Of a stretch of DNA of 60,059 bases, positions 18,766-27,250 are shown in pieces; position 1 is the stretch's first letter, and each line of letters starts with the position of its first letter. Source of the stretch: Candidatus Omnitrophota bacterium (GTDB taxonomy: Bacteria > Omnitrophota > Gorgyraeia > Gygaellales > Profunditerraquicolaceae). Made by a program: the position numbers and the translations under genes. The stretch spans positions 1 through 60,059 of the forward strand of contig JBEKHW010000005.1 of assembly GCA_050012075.1 (NCBI GenBank), read 5' to 3'. The notes under the pieces were generated by a model. The model was not told the origin of the DNA. It was given only the letters and a program-made list of their open reading frames with translations, and did not search any database.

Positions 18766-19575
18766 TTGGACATAGACAAGAATAAGCAGTATGAGATTAT
18801 CGTTTTTCCAAATCAAGATGAAGGCCTAAAAGCTCAAAGGATTTTGGTTTCTAAGGGCGAGGATTTTAAGCACATTTCTACTTTGGCAGTAGTTGTGTCT
18901 GAAGAGCATAAACATGAAGCGTGCCGGGTAATTATCGATGAGAATGTGCTGATTAGTGGACGTTATCCATTTTTATATCGTGATTATGAAGAGGATTTTT
19001 TTAAAAGAGCCCATGGGTATAAGGCTCCGGAGTCAAACAGCGAGTTTTTAAAAAGTATCACTCTGTGTTATGTGGCTCCTTGTATGGCCGATGAGAAAAA
19101 GATACGGCTCATCGGATATTTCGACAGGGACATAACAGAGATTTTACCGTATATAAACGCCGTCATCAAAGGTGCCTCGTATAATAAGGCCGCTTCGACT
19201 TTGACCTATGCGAAAGAGCGCAGACTTATTAATCTATATAACATTAAGATTACTATAGCCAAAGCAGACGATATCATCGATGCTTGGCATATTTTAGACG
19301 AGGTTAAAGCTCTTATAAATAATACTTATAAGAATAGGGCAGGTATTAAGCCAAGTTATGAGGAGAAAGTAAAAGTAACAGCCCTTCAGATTTACGGCTG
19401 GCTTCCTAAGACTAATTGCCGTGCCTGTGGGGAAGCGACATGTCTTGCTTTTGCTTGTAGGCTTCTGTTGGGAGAACAGAAGCTTTCAAAATGCGCTCCA
19501 TTGTCAACAGAGCAAAAATTTACCGAGAATAAGAAAATTATGCAAGAGATGGCAGAAGCATTAGGTGTTGCGTGA
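18766..19575 (+). CDS. protein with a C-terminal RnfB-type 4Fe-4S (FeS) domain
   Basis: C-terminal CRACGEATCLAFACRLLLGEQKLSKC resembles the CxxCG...C...C putative Fe-S domain. The N-terminal part is unassigned. TTG start. Confidence 0.55.
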   Translation: MDIDKNKQYEIIVFPNQDEGLKAQRILVSKGEDFKHISTLAVVVSEEHKHEACRVIIDENVLISGRYPFLYRDYEEDFFKRAHGYKAPESNSEFLKSITLCYVAPCMADEKKIRLIGYFDRDITEILPYINAVIKGASYNKAASTLTYAKERRLINLYNIKITIAKADDIIDAWHILDEVKALINNTYKNRAGIKPSYEEKVKVTALQIYGWLPKTNCRACGEATCLAFACRLLLGEQKLSKCAPLSTEQKFTENKKIMQEMAEALGVA

Positions 19576-19634
19576 TGAGGAAAAGGAAATAGTTAGTAGT
19601 TCTTTACAGACTCGGTCAGCTTCTTCTGTGACAC

Positions 19635-19998
19635 AATAAGCTTTAAACTCGTCCAAAAAGTTGCGAAAATCGTCCTCTTGGGGGAGTAAAAATAAAAAAG
19701 CCCTGTTATTAAATATAGCGGGGCTTTTTTATTGCCGATTGCCCTCGAGGACGAGAACCGAGGACCTAAAAAAGGGATTATTAAGGGGAAAAGACCGTTT
19801 TCCCCTTAAGGTTCAATTCTTTGATTGCTAAGGAAGGGGTGACAGCGAGCGAATGAAATGAGCGAGCGCCATAGGGGAACCATCTGGGTTCCCCTATGGG
19901 AAGGAGCGAAGGCCAACTTTAGTGCTTTGACCGAGCGACGACAGGTCCGAGGTTCGAGCCTATTGCAAAACTAACCCTCTGTGATAGAATATATTGCA
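19635..19998 (+). repeat. 364-bp repeat, copy 1 (directly upstream of the ZIP gene)
   Basis: Near identical to 20871..21233 except for a ~75-bp central segment. Contains tRNA-Asn-like fragments (19731-19757 inverted, 19932-19948 direct), hairpins at 19773-19797 and 19859-19889, and the promoter TTGCAA-16-TGaTAGAAT (19953-19980) inside the inverted repeat AACCCTCTG/CAGAGGGTT. Confidence 0.9.
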
Positions 19999-20058
19999 GA
20001 GGGTTTTTGGTTAGAGTAGAGTTATAGCTGGCATAATACAAAACAAAAGGACTATATT

Positions 20059-20796
20059 ATGAATTTATTATATGCCCTTATCGCAAGCACTATCGTAAGC
20101 CTCATTTCTTTAATAGGCGTTCTCGCTTTGGTAATAAAAGATAACCTATTAAAAAAACTTCTTATTTTTTTGGTAGCCTTTGCGGCTGGTGGCTTAATGG
20201 GCGGCGCCTTCTTTGATATTATCCCCGAAGCCTCTGAATACGTAAAAGATATTACTCAATTATTTCTTTACGTTATATTGGGTTATACGCTCTTTTTTAT
20301 ATTAGAGAAATATCTTCATTGGCGTCATTGCCACGATGCGGAATGCAAAATCCATAGGCTTACATATTTAAATATTATTGGCGATATTGTGCATAATTTT
20401 AGTGACGGTCTAATTTTAGGAGCAATTTTCTTAATAAATATCAAAGTTGGTATTGCGGCCACTCTCGCAATCGTTTTCCATGAAATTCCGCATGAGCTGG
20501 GAAATTTTACTGTTTTAATATATGGCGGGTTTTCTAAACTCAAAGCCTTGTTATTTAATTTTCTATCTGCTTTGTTTGCTATAGTGGGAACAATAGTTGG
20601 TTATTACTGTGCTACTAAAATCAGCGGTTTTGTCAGTATTTTATTGCCAGCAGCTGCTGGGAGCTTTATTTATATCGCCTCTTGTGATTTGATTCCTGAA
20701 TTACATAAGGAAGAAGATGGCAAGAGGTCAACTCTTATAATGGTAACTTTTATTTTTGGAATTATGCTTATGTATTTTCTGAAAATGGCAGGTTAG
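20059..20796 (+). CDS. ZIP family metal (Zn/Fe) transporter, ZupT-like
   Basis: 245 aa, polytopic, with the HEIPHELGNF signature. Confidence 0.85.
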   Translation: MNLLYALIASTIVSLISLIGVLALVIKDNLLKKLLIFLVAFAAGGLMGGAFFDIIPEASEYVKDITQLFLYVILGYTLFFILEKYLHWRHCHDAECKIHRLTYLNIIGDIVHNFSDGLILGAIFLINIKVGIAATLAIVFHEIPHELGNFTVLIYGGFSKLKALLFNFLSALFAIVGTIVGYYCATKISGFVSILLPAAAGSFIYIASCDLIPELHKEEDGKRSTLIMVTFIFGIMLMYFLKMAG

Positions 20797-20870
20797 GCAG
20801 TTTAAAGAATCGGAGATAATATAAGCTCTTTAGCTAGTTTTCCCGCCTCTTCGCTCATGCACCAGTTGCA

Positions 20871-21233
20871 AAACTCGTCCAAAAAGTTGCGAAAATCGTC
20901 CTCTTGGGGAAGTAAAAATAAAAAAGCCCTGTTATTAAATATAGCGGGGCTTTTTTATTTCCGATTGCCCTCGAGGACGAGAACCGAGGACCTAAAAAGA
21001 GGGGTTTTGGGGAGAAAAGACCGTTTTCTCCCCAAGCAGGTAAATTTAATTTCTGCAAGGAGGGATGACAGCGAGCGATGAAATGAGCGAGCGCCATAGG
21101 GGAACCATCTGGGTTCCCCTATGGGAAGGAGCGAAGGCCAACTTTAGTGCTTTGGCCGAGCGACGACAGGTCCGAGGTTCGAGCCTATTGTAAAACTAAC
21201 CCTCTGTGATAGAATATATTGCAGAGGATTTTT
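20871..21233 (+). repeat. 364-bp repeat, copy 2 (directly upstream of the cupin gene)
   Basis: See copy 1. tRNA-like fragments at 20967-20993 and 21167-21183; hairpin 21008-21034; promoter TTGTAA-16-TGaTAGAAT (21188-21215). Confidence 0.9.
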
Positions 21234-21237
21234 ATGT

Positions 21238-21603
21238 GTGGAGCAAAATAACAAAAAAGTAATTAAGATGGTTTTTACAAAGCAAGGGAATATTAAAGCA
21301 AAGGCATTTAAGTTAGCAGATTTAATATCTTACCAGAGAAGTTCTGTTGTAAGCCGTGAAATCATAAATAAGAAGACAGGGACTGTTACTGTATTTGCTT
21401 TTGATAAAGGCGAGGGTTTAAGCGAACACACGGCACCCTACGATGCTTTAGTCTATATACTTGATGGGGAAGCAAAGATTTCCATATCCGGTAAACCGCA
21501 TCCGGTAAAGAAGGATGAGATAATTATAATGCCGGCAAATAAACCCCATTCATTAAAAGCGGTAGAGCGTTTTAAGATGCTTTTAGTAATGGTGAGGTCT
21601 TAA
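21238..21603 (+). CDS. cupin domain protein
   Basis: 121 aa with a cupin beta-barrel pattern (GEGLSEHTAPYDALVYILDGEAKISI...IIMPANKPHSL). GTG start 9 nt after AGGA; an alternative ATG lies at 21268. Confidence 0.7.
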   Translation: MEQNNKKVIKMVFTKQGNIKAKAFKLADLISYQRSSVVSREIINKKTGTVTVFAFDKGEGLSEHTAPYDALVYILDGEAKISISGKPHPVKKDEIIIMPANKPHSLKAVERFKMLLVMVRS

Positions 21604-21700
21604 ATTCAGGCAATAGCAGCCAGTTCCTTAGTTAGTCTTTCCACCTCCTCCGTCATCAACCAGTTGCGAAACTCCTCTCTTACCCCCCTTCTCTTTCCCA

Positions 21701-21728
21701 TTGCCTTGCCACTTACCGGTGCTATAAT
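21701..21728 (+). promoter_or_regulatory. sigma70-type promoter module (copy 1)
   Basis: TTGCCT, 16-nt spacer, TGcTATAAT. About 70 bp including the leader AAGGTGTTACTTTGG is repeated at 22285-22350. Confidence 0.55.
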
Positions 21729-21773
21729 TGAATTCTGAAAAGGTGTTACTTTGGTAAACTTCCCTATCTCCTA

Positions 21774-22259
21774 ATGGATAAAACCGCAGTTGGGGCTAAA
21801 GAAAAAATAACCAGGGGAATAATAATCTGCGCTATTCTGGTTATTACATATTCGTTCCTGGGAATGCCCTCCGGAAGTTTCAGTTCCTATTATGACAACT
21901 TTCGTCCCTCCCCCCCAAATCTAATCTTTATGAGGTATCTTTTCTCCATAGCCTTGAGATTGGCTATGCTCATTTGCGGCATCGGTATCTTATTCCGTAA
22001 GAATATATTCCGTAAGGCAACCATATTCATTGGCTTTTTTACCATAGCCACTGCTTGCTGGAAGCACCCGCCTATATGTTTTAAAATAATCTTTTTGAAG
22101 GGAATTGGGCAGGGAATGTTTTCCGCAGATATAATCCCGCGAATCAATATCTTGTCATGGATTTGTGTTGCAATCTGCTCTATTATTGATATCAGCATTT
22201 GTCTTTGTTTGATATATTATCTTACCCGCCCCAAAGTAAAAGAACAGTTTAAACAATAA
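21774..22259 (+). CDS. polytopic membrane protein, paralogue of 23872..24345
   Basis: 161 aa with four or five TM helices. Shares the C-terminal tail YLTRPKVKEQF with the 157-aa protein. Confidence 0.6.
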   Translation: MDKTAVGAKEKITRGIIICAILVITYSFLGMPSGSFSSYYDNFRPSPPNLIFMRYLFSIALRLAMLICGIGILFRKNIFRKATIFIGFFTIATACWKHPPICFKIIFLKGIGQGMFSADIIPRINILSWICVAICSIIDISICLCLIYYLTRPKVKEQFKQ

Positions 22260-22297
22260 CAGCAAGCTCATTACACAATCCTCTTCTCTCTTTTCCA

Positions 22298-22325
22298 TTG
22301 CCTAATTCCTGACTGGTGCTATAAT
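22298..22325 (+). promoter_or_regulatory. sigma70-type promoter module (copy 2)
   Basis: TTGCCT, 16-nt spacer, TGcTATAAT. Confidence 0.55.
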
Positions 22326-22405
22326 TAAACCTTTGAAGGGTGTTACTTTGGGGGACGTACCCAGTTTACTGTTTGATTGGAATTAAAATCTAAAAAGGAG
22401 GAATT

Positions 22406-23110
22406 ATGAGGACACTCCTGCTGATTTTGATTTTTGTAGTTTTACTCTCGGCCAATGTTGTCTTTGCCGGAATTGTAATTGATTGCCCCTACCCTAACAC
22501 GAAAAAAATTGATGGCTTGTTGGATGACTGGGACGTTAATAGCTTCACCCATATCCCCCATGACAAAGGGCCGCTAAAAGGTAGGGATGACAGGGATATA
22601 TCCTGTGACTTCGCTACTGCTGCAGATGATAAGTATCTTTATGTAGCCGCAATTATAAGTGATGATAAACTAATTTATGGGAAAATTAATGACTATACCG
22701 AAGACAGTTTAGAAATCTACATAGACGCTAACAATAAGAAAACAAGATACTATGAGAAAGATGACGCACAAATTGGAATTCCGGCCATAAATATAGGGCT
22801 TCACAATATTTCCAACCCAAGGCTATACAGCTTCGGAGGGGGTAAAAATACCGGGACTCGGGTAGCGGCAGTTAGAAGTAAAAACGGCTGGATTGTTGAA
22901 GCGGCTATTCCATTTAGTAATGCAAATTGGAAGATCAAACCTGCGGTAGGAAAATCCATCGGATTTAATCTGCAAGTAAATGATAACGATAGAAACAAAG
23001 GTAGAGATCATCAGCTTGTATGGAGCGACCTTGATACGAATAACGAATCGTGGCAAAGTACGGCTGTATTTGGCAAGTTGGTTTTTACAGAGAAAAAACT
23101 GAAAAAATGA
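22406..23110 (+). CDS. secreted carbohydrate-binding family 9-like (DOMON-like) protein
   Basis: Signal peptide, then LDDWDV...DDKYLYVAA...DSLEIYIDANN...GFNLQVNDND, as in CBM9-type domains. Confidence 0.65.
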   Translation: MRTLLLILIFVVLLSANVVFAGIVIDCPYPNTKKIDGLLDDWDVNSFTHIPHDKGPLKGRDDRDISCDFATAADDKYLYVAAIISDDKLIYGKINDYTEDSLEIYIDANNKKTRYYEKDDAQIGIPAINIGLHNISNPRLYSFGGGKNTGTRVAAVRSKNGWIVEAAIPFSNANWKIKPAVGKSIGFNLQVNDNDRNKGRDHQLVWSDLDTNNESWQSTAVFGKLVFTEKKLKK

Positions 23111-23181
23111 TTGCGGCAGATAAAATATATTGTACGGGGTTTTTGGTTTGCATAAAATAGTGAACAAGTTGGAGGTGGATT

Positions 23182-23418
23182 TTGGGAGGTATCGGGTTAC
23201 CGCAGGCTGGAGATTTCAGCGCGGCAAAAATCTTCGTTTGCATTATTTTTGGCGCGATTGGCTTTGTTGCCTTTGTGTATGGTAAAAAAAATGGATTCTT
23301 TCGTCCCATGATTATCGGGCTTGCCTTAATGGCGTATCCCTATTTTATCTCTGGAACGTTTTTTCTTTATCTTGCCGGTATTGGCCTTACCGCGGCACTG
23401 TATTTCTGGCGGGAATGA
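23182..23418 (+). CDS. small two-TM membrane protein
   Basis: 78-aa hydrophobic ORF with no assigned family. Confidence 0.4.
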   Translation: MGGIGLPQAGDFSAAKIFVCIIFGAIGFVAFVYGKKNGFFRPMIIGLALMAYPYFISGTFFLYLAGIGLTAALYFWRE

Positions 23419-23458
23419 GGGTTTTTGCTAGGTCTAAATTATGGCTCAAATTTAAAAG

Positions 23459-23797
23459 ATGCTTACAAAAGGAATAATTATTCTTATTTTATTCTCCGGA
23501 ATGGCTTTAAGCACTCCGGGTTACTGCCAGAATCCAGCCCAGAAAGAAAAAATAAACCGTGTTACAGGCATAATCTCGAATATTGACTGGGTTGCCGGTA
23601 AATTTACCGTCAGGACAATCAATGAGTCCGGAAATAGCGATGAGATAACGTTTATAATTTCCGGGGATACGCAAATGACCAAAGGCACCTCCAGCATCGG
23701 GTTTGCCGATATTAATTTAACGGATTCGGTTACGGTTGAATATTCCAGCGGCTCCTTCGCCGGCTTAAAAGCAATGCATATTACGGTTAAAGAGTAG
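23459..23797 (+). CDS. small secreted hypothetical protein
   Basis: 112 aa with a signal peptide. Confidence 0.5.
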   Translation: MLTKGIIILILFSGMALSTPGYCQNPAQKEKINRVTGIISNIDWVAGKFTVRTINESGNSDEITFIISGDTQMTKGTSSIGFADINLTDSVTVEYSSGSFAGLKAMHITVKE

Positions 23798-23871
23798 TAA
23801 TATACTAAAAGCAAGGTTTTTTACCTTAACATTTTGGCAGAGAAGCGGTATAATAAAATAAAGGAGGAACC

Positions 23872-24345
23872 ATGGAAAAGAAAAGACCGTTAAGTATAAC
23901 CGAACTTTCCCTATACCTTATTTTACTTCCATTCATCCTGTCTTTCTTGACACAAGCTATTCTCCTGCTCACCGTTCGTCCTTCTCTATATATTGCGCAA
24001 CTATCGAGCGGGTTCTTCGGTAATTGCTTTAAATTTATTTCTACGTGGGAAGGTTCGGTTATGGTAGTTTTATACGGAATACTGGTGATAGGAGTTTTCT
24101 ATCTTAAGAACTTAGCGAGAATAGGAATGATCGTGGTAACGCTAGGGGTAGCAGTCACCGGGCCGGCAGCGGCCATTACCGCTGCTGTAGTAGCCGCTAG
24201 CCCCTTAGTCCGCCAACACTTCTTAAGAGTATACGGCGTGCTTCCTGTAATTATTATCTATCTCATTGTCGCGCTTTTTTCATTGGCGTCGGGAATGGTT
24301 GCATTTTATCTTACCCGCCCAAAAGTAAAAGAACAATTTAGATAA
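23872..24345 (+). CDS. polytopic membrane protein, paralogue of 21774..22259
   Basis: AGGAGG RBS. C-terminal YLTRPKVKEQFR. Confidence 0.6.
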   Translation: MEKKRPLSITELSLYLILLPFILSFLTQAILLLTVRPSLYIAQLSSGFFGNCFKFISTWEGSVMVVLYGILVIGVFYLKNLARIGMIVVTLGVAVTGPAAAITAAVVAASPLVRQHFLRVYGVLPVIIIYLIVALFSLASGMVAFYLTRPKVKEQFR

Positions 24346-24383
24346 GTGGGGATTTTGCCGGCAGTAAAATAAAGGAGCTGAAA

Positions 24384-24686
24384 ATGGAAAGTAATTTAGG
24401 CCTGATTTTATTGGTAGTATTTATTCTAATTACGGCCCCCCTGACCTTGCTTATTGGTATTTTTTTATTATTCAACTTCGAAGCTTACCTGAAAATAGAA
24501 ATCTTTCTTTCAAAAAGTTATTTCCTTCATAAGGATACCTGGCTTAGCTGGCTGCATAAAAGCAGGGATTCATTGCATCTATTCCTGATTGTCCATCGGC
24601 GCCTGTTTGGGATCATATGCATACTAGATGTGATTTGCATGTTATTCTTAGCCAATCTTTACCTGTACCTGTTGAAAAGACTGTAG
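24384..24686 (+). CDS. small membrane hypothetical protein
   Basis: 100-aa hydrophobic ORF with an AGGAG RBS. Confidence 0.45.
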   Translation: MESNLGLILLVVFILITAPLTLLIGIFLLFNFEAYLKIEIFLSKSYFLHKDTWLSWLHKSRDSLHLFLIVHRRLFGIICILDVICMLFLANLYLYLLKRL

Positions 24687-24821
24687 TTGACAAATCTGTG
24701 TGCCTAAAACAGAACCCGGCTATTTCCGGTTGTAGCATTCCATAAGCCAAAAAAAATAAGCTCCTAACCCTCTCCGGGTAAAATACTTGCGGAGAGTTTT
24801 TATTTGACCTAAAATCAACAC

Positions 24822-25313
24822 ATGCCAAACATACTTAACAACCGACATCGGCTTTATCAAACGAAGTTTAGTTTTGGCGCCACCTCTGGCATCATTACTA
24901 ATCTAGGGCTTATTACTGCTTTAGATACCATGGCGCATCCCAGGTTAAGCATAATTGCGGGCATATTGGTCATTGCGCTGGCTGATAACATAGCTGATTC
25001 GCTGGGTATCCATATTTATCAGGAATCAGAAGGCCTAAACGAGAAAGAAGTATGGTTTTCTACATTAACTAATTTTCTTGCGCGCATATTAGTTTCGCTT
25101 ACTTTTATACTTTTAGTAGTTACCTTACCGATAAATCTGGCAGTATACTGTTCAGTCACCTGGGGATTAGTGTTATTAGCCATCTTGAGTTATACAATAG
25201 CAAAAGCCAAAGGAGTAAATCCATTCCGGACCATATCCGAACATATAGCTATCGCTATCGCTGTAATTACCGCCAGCCACTTCATCGGTAAGTGGATTAT
25301 CGGCAGATTTTAG
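24822..25313 (+). CDS. membrane protein of unassigned family
   Basis: 163 aa with four or five TM helices. Confidence 0.5.
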   Translation: MPNILNNRHRLYQTKFSFGATSGIITNLGLITALDTMAHPRLSIIAGILVIALADNIADSLGIHIYQESEGLNEKEVWFSTLTNFLARILVSLTFILLVVTLPINLAVYCSVTWGLVLLAILSYTIAKAKGVNPFRTISEHIAIAIAVITASHFIGKWIIGRF

Positions 25314-25323
25314 CCAAAACAAT

Positions 25324-26505
25324 ATGAAAAATAGCAATGGCCTTTTTATTATCCTGGTTACCGCGATTCTAATAAAGCTTTTCTTTTTCACCTTTATCGC
25401 GATCAATTTACCTGAAAATAAATTTGAGCCTGATACACCGGATTACTTAGGGACTGCGAAAACCTTATATTCGCAAAGCGCGTTCCTGCGGACAAATAAC
25501 GCCGGAGTCACGCGATATGAAACGCTAAGGACCCCCGGCTACCCTGTTTTTCTTGCCATCTTCCACCATCTGTTAAATATCCCCCTGGATGGCATCATAT
25601 TTATCCAAATATTACTGACCATCCTAGTCGGCTTAATCGTTTATAGGACAGCTAACCTGATAGACGGCAGATTAGGCATTTTAAGCGCGGCGTTTGTTTT
25701 ATATGATTTCCCGACCTTAAGGTTCTCATTAATGCTTATGACCGAAACATTATTCCTGCTCTTGTTGGCTATCCTTTTGTTTAGTTTCACCCTGTATTTT
25801 AAGAAAGGCGGGCTTAAATACATCATAATATCGGCCATCATATTAGCCATGGCTACTTATGTCCGCCCTGTCACCTATTACCTGGGAATAGCGGTAGCGA
25901 TTTTTATTGTTTACGCAAAAATCCCAGGGAATTTCAGGAAAGCCTCCGCTCACGCGTTGATATTCCTGGTTATCGTTTATGGCCTTCTGGGCGCCTGGCA
26001 GATACGAAATTACAGGTGCTGCGGGACTACTGCATTTGCTACGATTGCTACTGTCAATTTTCACCAATTCGGCTTAATAAAAAGTTACTCGGCAAATAAT
26101 TATCCTCACGCACAAGGCGCTTCCCCTGTCCCCTATTACGCCAATCTCACCCTGCGTTCTTTCCTTGATCTTATGGCACGCCCGGGCTCCTTAAAATACG
26201 TCAAGTCCTATCCTGCGATAGCTGTTCCCGGAACGGTATTATCTTACCTTGTGATGGTTTTCTGGCTAATAGGCCTTATTGCCGGCATCGCCAAGACAAA
26301 TAAAAATGTCTATTACCAGTTTATGTTATTCGTTATCTTATATTTTATTTCTGCTACGGTTATTAACGTCGGCCTTATATCCAACGAACGGTATAGAATA
26401 CCTATGCTGCCGTTTATAGCGATTATCGCTTCATACGGCTGGGTAAACTTAATTCCGCTGATTAAGAAAAAGAACGGCGCCAAACCATCCGCATATAGAA
26501 ACTGA
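25324..26505 (+). CDS. GT39/ArnT-like polytopic glycosyltransferase
   Basis: 393 aa with more than 8 TM helices and a loop motif (RTPGYPVFLAIF) typical of PMT/ArnT-like enzymes. Followed by a polyprenyl-phosphate sugar synthase-like GT2. Confidence 0.65.
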   Translation: MKNSNGLFIILVTAILIKLFFFTFIAINLPENKFEPDTPDYLGTAKTLYSQSAFLRTNNAGVTRYETLRTPGYPVFLAIFHHLLNIPLDGIIFIQILLTILVGLIVYRTANLIDGRLGILSAAFVLYDFPTLRFSLMLMTETLFLLLLAILLFSFTLYFKKGGLKYIIISAIILAMATYVRPVTYYLGIAVAIFIVYAKIPGNFRKASAHALIFLVIVYGLLGAWQIRNYRCCGTTAFATIATVNFHQFGLIKSYSANNYPHAQGASPVPYYANLTLRSFLDLMARPGSLKYVKSYPAIAVPGTVLSYLVMVFWLIGLIAGIAKTNKNVYYQFMLFVILYFISATVINVGLISNERYRIPMLPFIAIIASYGWVNLIPLIKKKNGAKPSAYRN

Positions 26506-26509
26506 AGCT

Positions 26510-27250
26510 ATGGATACCCCTCCTGCCAGGAAACTGTCCTGTTCAGTCATCATCCCCTGTTATAATGAAAGAGATAATATAGGGAATTGTATCAAGCGCC
26601 TGACCAGGATGGGAGAATTCACCGAGGCCATTGTCGTAGATGACGGCTCTACTGATGATACCGCTGCCAAAGCCGATCCCGGCCTTAATCGCGATATTGA
26701 GGTAAAGGTAATTTCCTATAAGCCGAACAGAGGTAAGGGTTATGCCGTAAAATCGGGGTTCAATAGCGCCAAGGGAGACGTGTTGATGATTTTAGACGCG
26801 GATATGTCGGTTATGCCCGAAGAGCTTCCCGGGTTTTTTAATCTGATTCAAAACGGCTCGGCTGATTTTGTAAACGGCACAAGATTGCTTTATCCCATGG
26901 AGAGAAAAGCTATGCCGTGGCTTAATTACATGGGAAACAGGTTTTTTACCGCGGCCTTAAGCTGGATTACGGGGCAGAAGATAACTGATACGCTTTGTGG
27001 GACAAAGGCGATGCTTAAAAAGGACTACCAGAGAATCCAGATGAAAGATACTTCCTGGGGGGATTTTGATTTATTGTTAGGCGCCGTAAAGCTTGGCCTT
27101 AAGATATCTGAAATACCGGTGCACTATAAAGCCAGGGTTGCCGGAGAATCAAAAATGAAGGCATTTAAGCACGGTTGGATATTGCTTAAAATCTGCCTGA
27201 AAGCCCTATGGGAAATAAAACTGCACCGTAAGTCCGAAAACGCTCCTTAA
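26510..27250 (+). CDS. GT2 glycosyltransferase (polyprenyl-phosphate hexose synthase-like)
   Basis: IIPCYNE, VVDDGSTDDT and LDADMS motifs. Confidence 0.85.
   Translation: MDTPPARKLSCSVIIPCYNERDNIGNCIKRLTRMGEFTEAIVVDDGSTDDTAAKADPGLNRDIEVKVISYKPNRGKGYAVKSGFNSAKGDVLMILDADMSVMPEELPGFFNLIQNGSADFVNGTRLLYPMERKAMPWLNYMGNRFFTAALSWITGQKITDTLCGTKAMLKKDYQRIQMKDTSWGDFDLLLGAVKLGLKISEIPVHYKARVAGESKMKAFKHGWILLKICLKALWEIKLHRKSENAP

Noticed and set aside
19900-19960. Functional tRNA inside the 364-bp repeat
   Set aside because: Only 17 nt match tRNA-Asn exactly. The T-stem 3' strand, the anticodon arm and acceptor pairing are all absent.
20855-21097. 80-aa minus-strand and 74-aa plus-strand ORFs inside repeat copy 2
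   Set aside because: They are not preserved in copy 1 (indels break both frames) and span hairpins and tRNA-like fragments.
19576-22350. Integron-like attC sites after each cassette
   Set aside because: The junction repeats lack the RYYYAAC/GTTRRRY inverse-core and core organisation, and no intI-type gene is adjacent.
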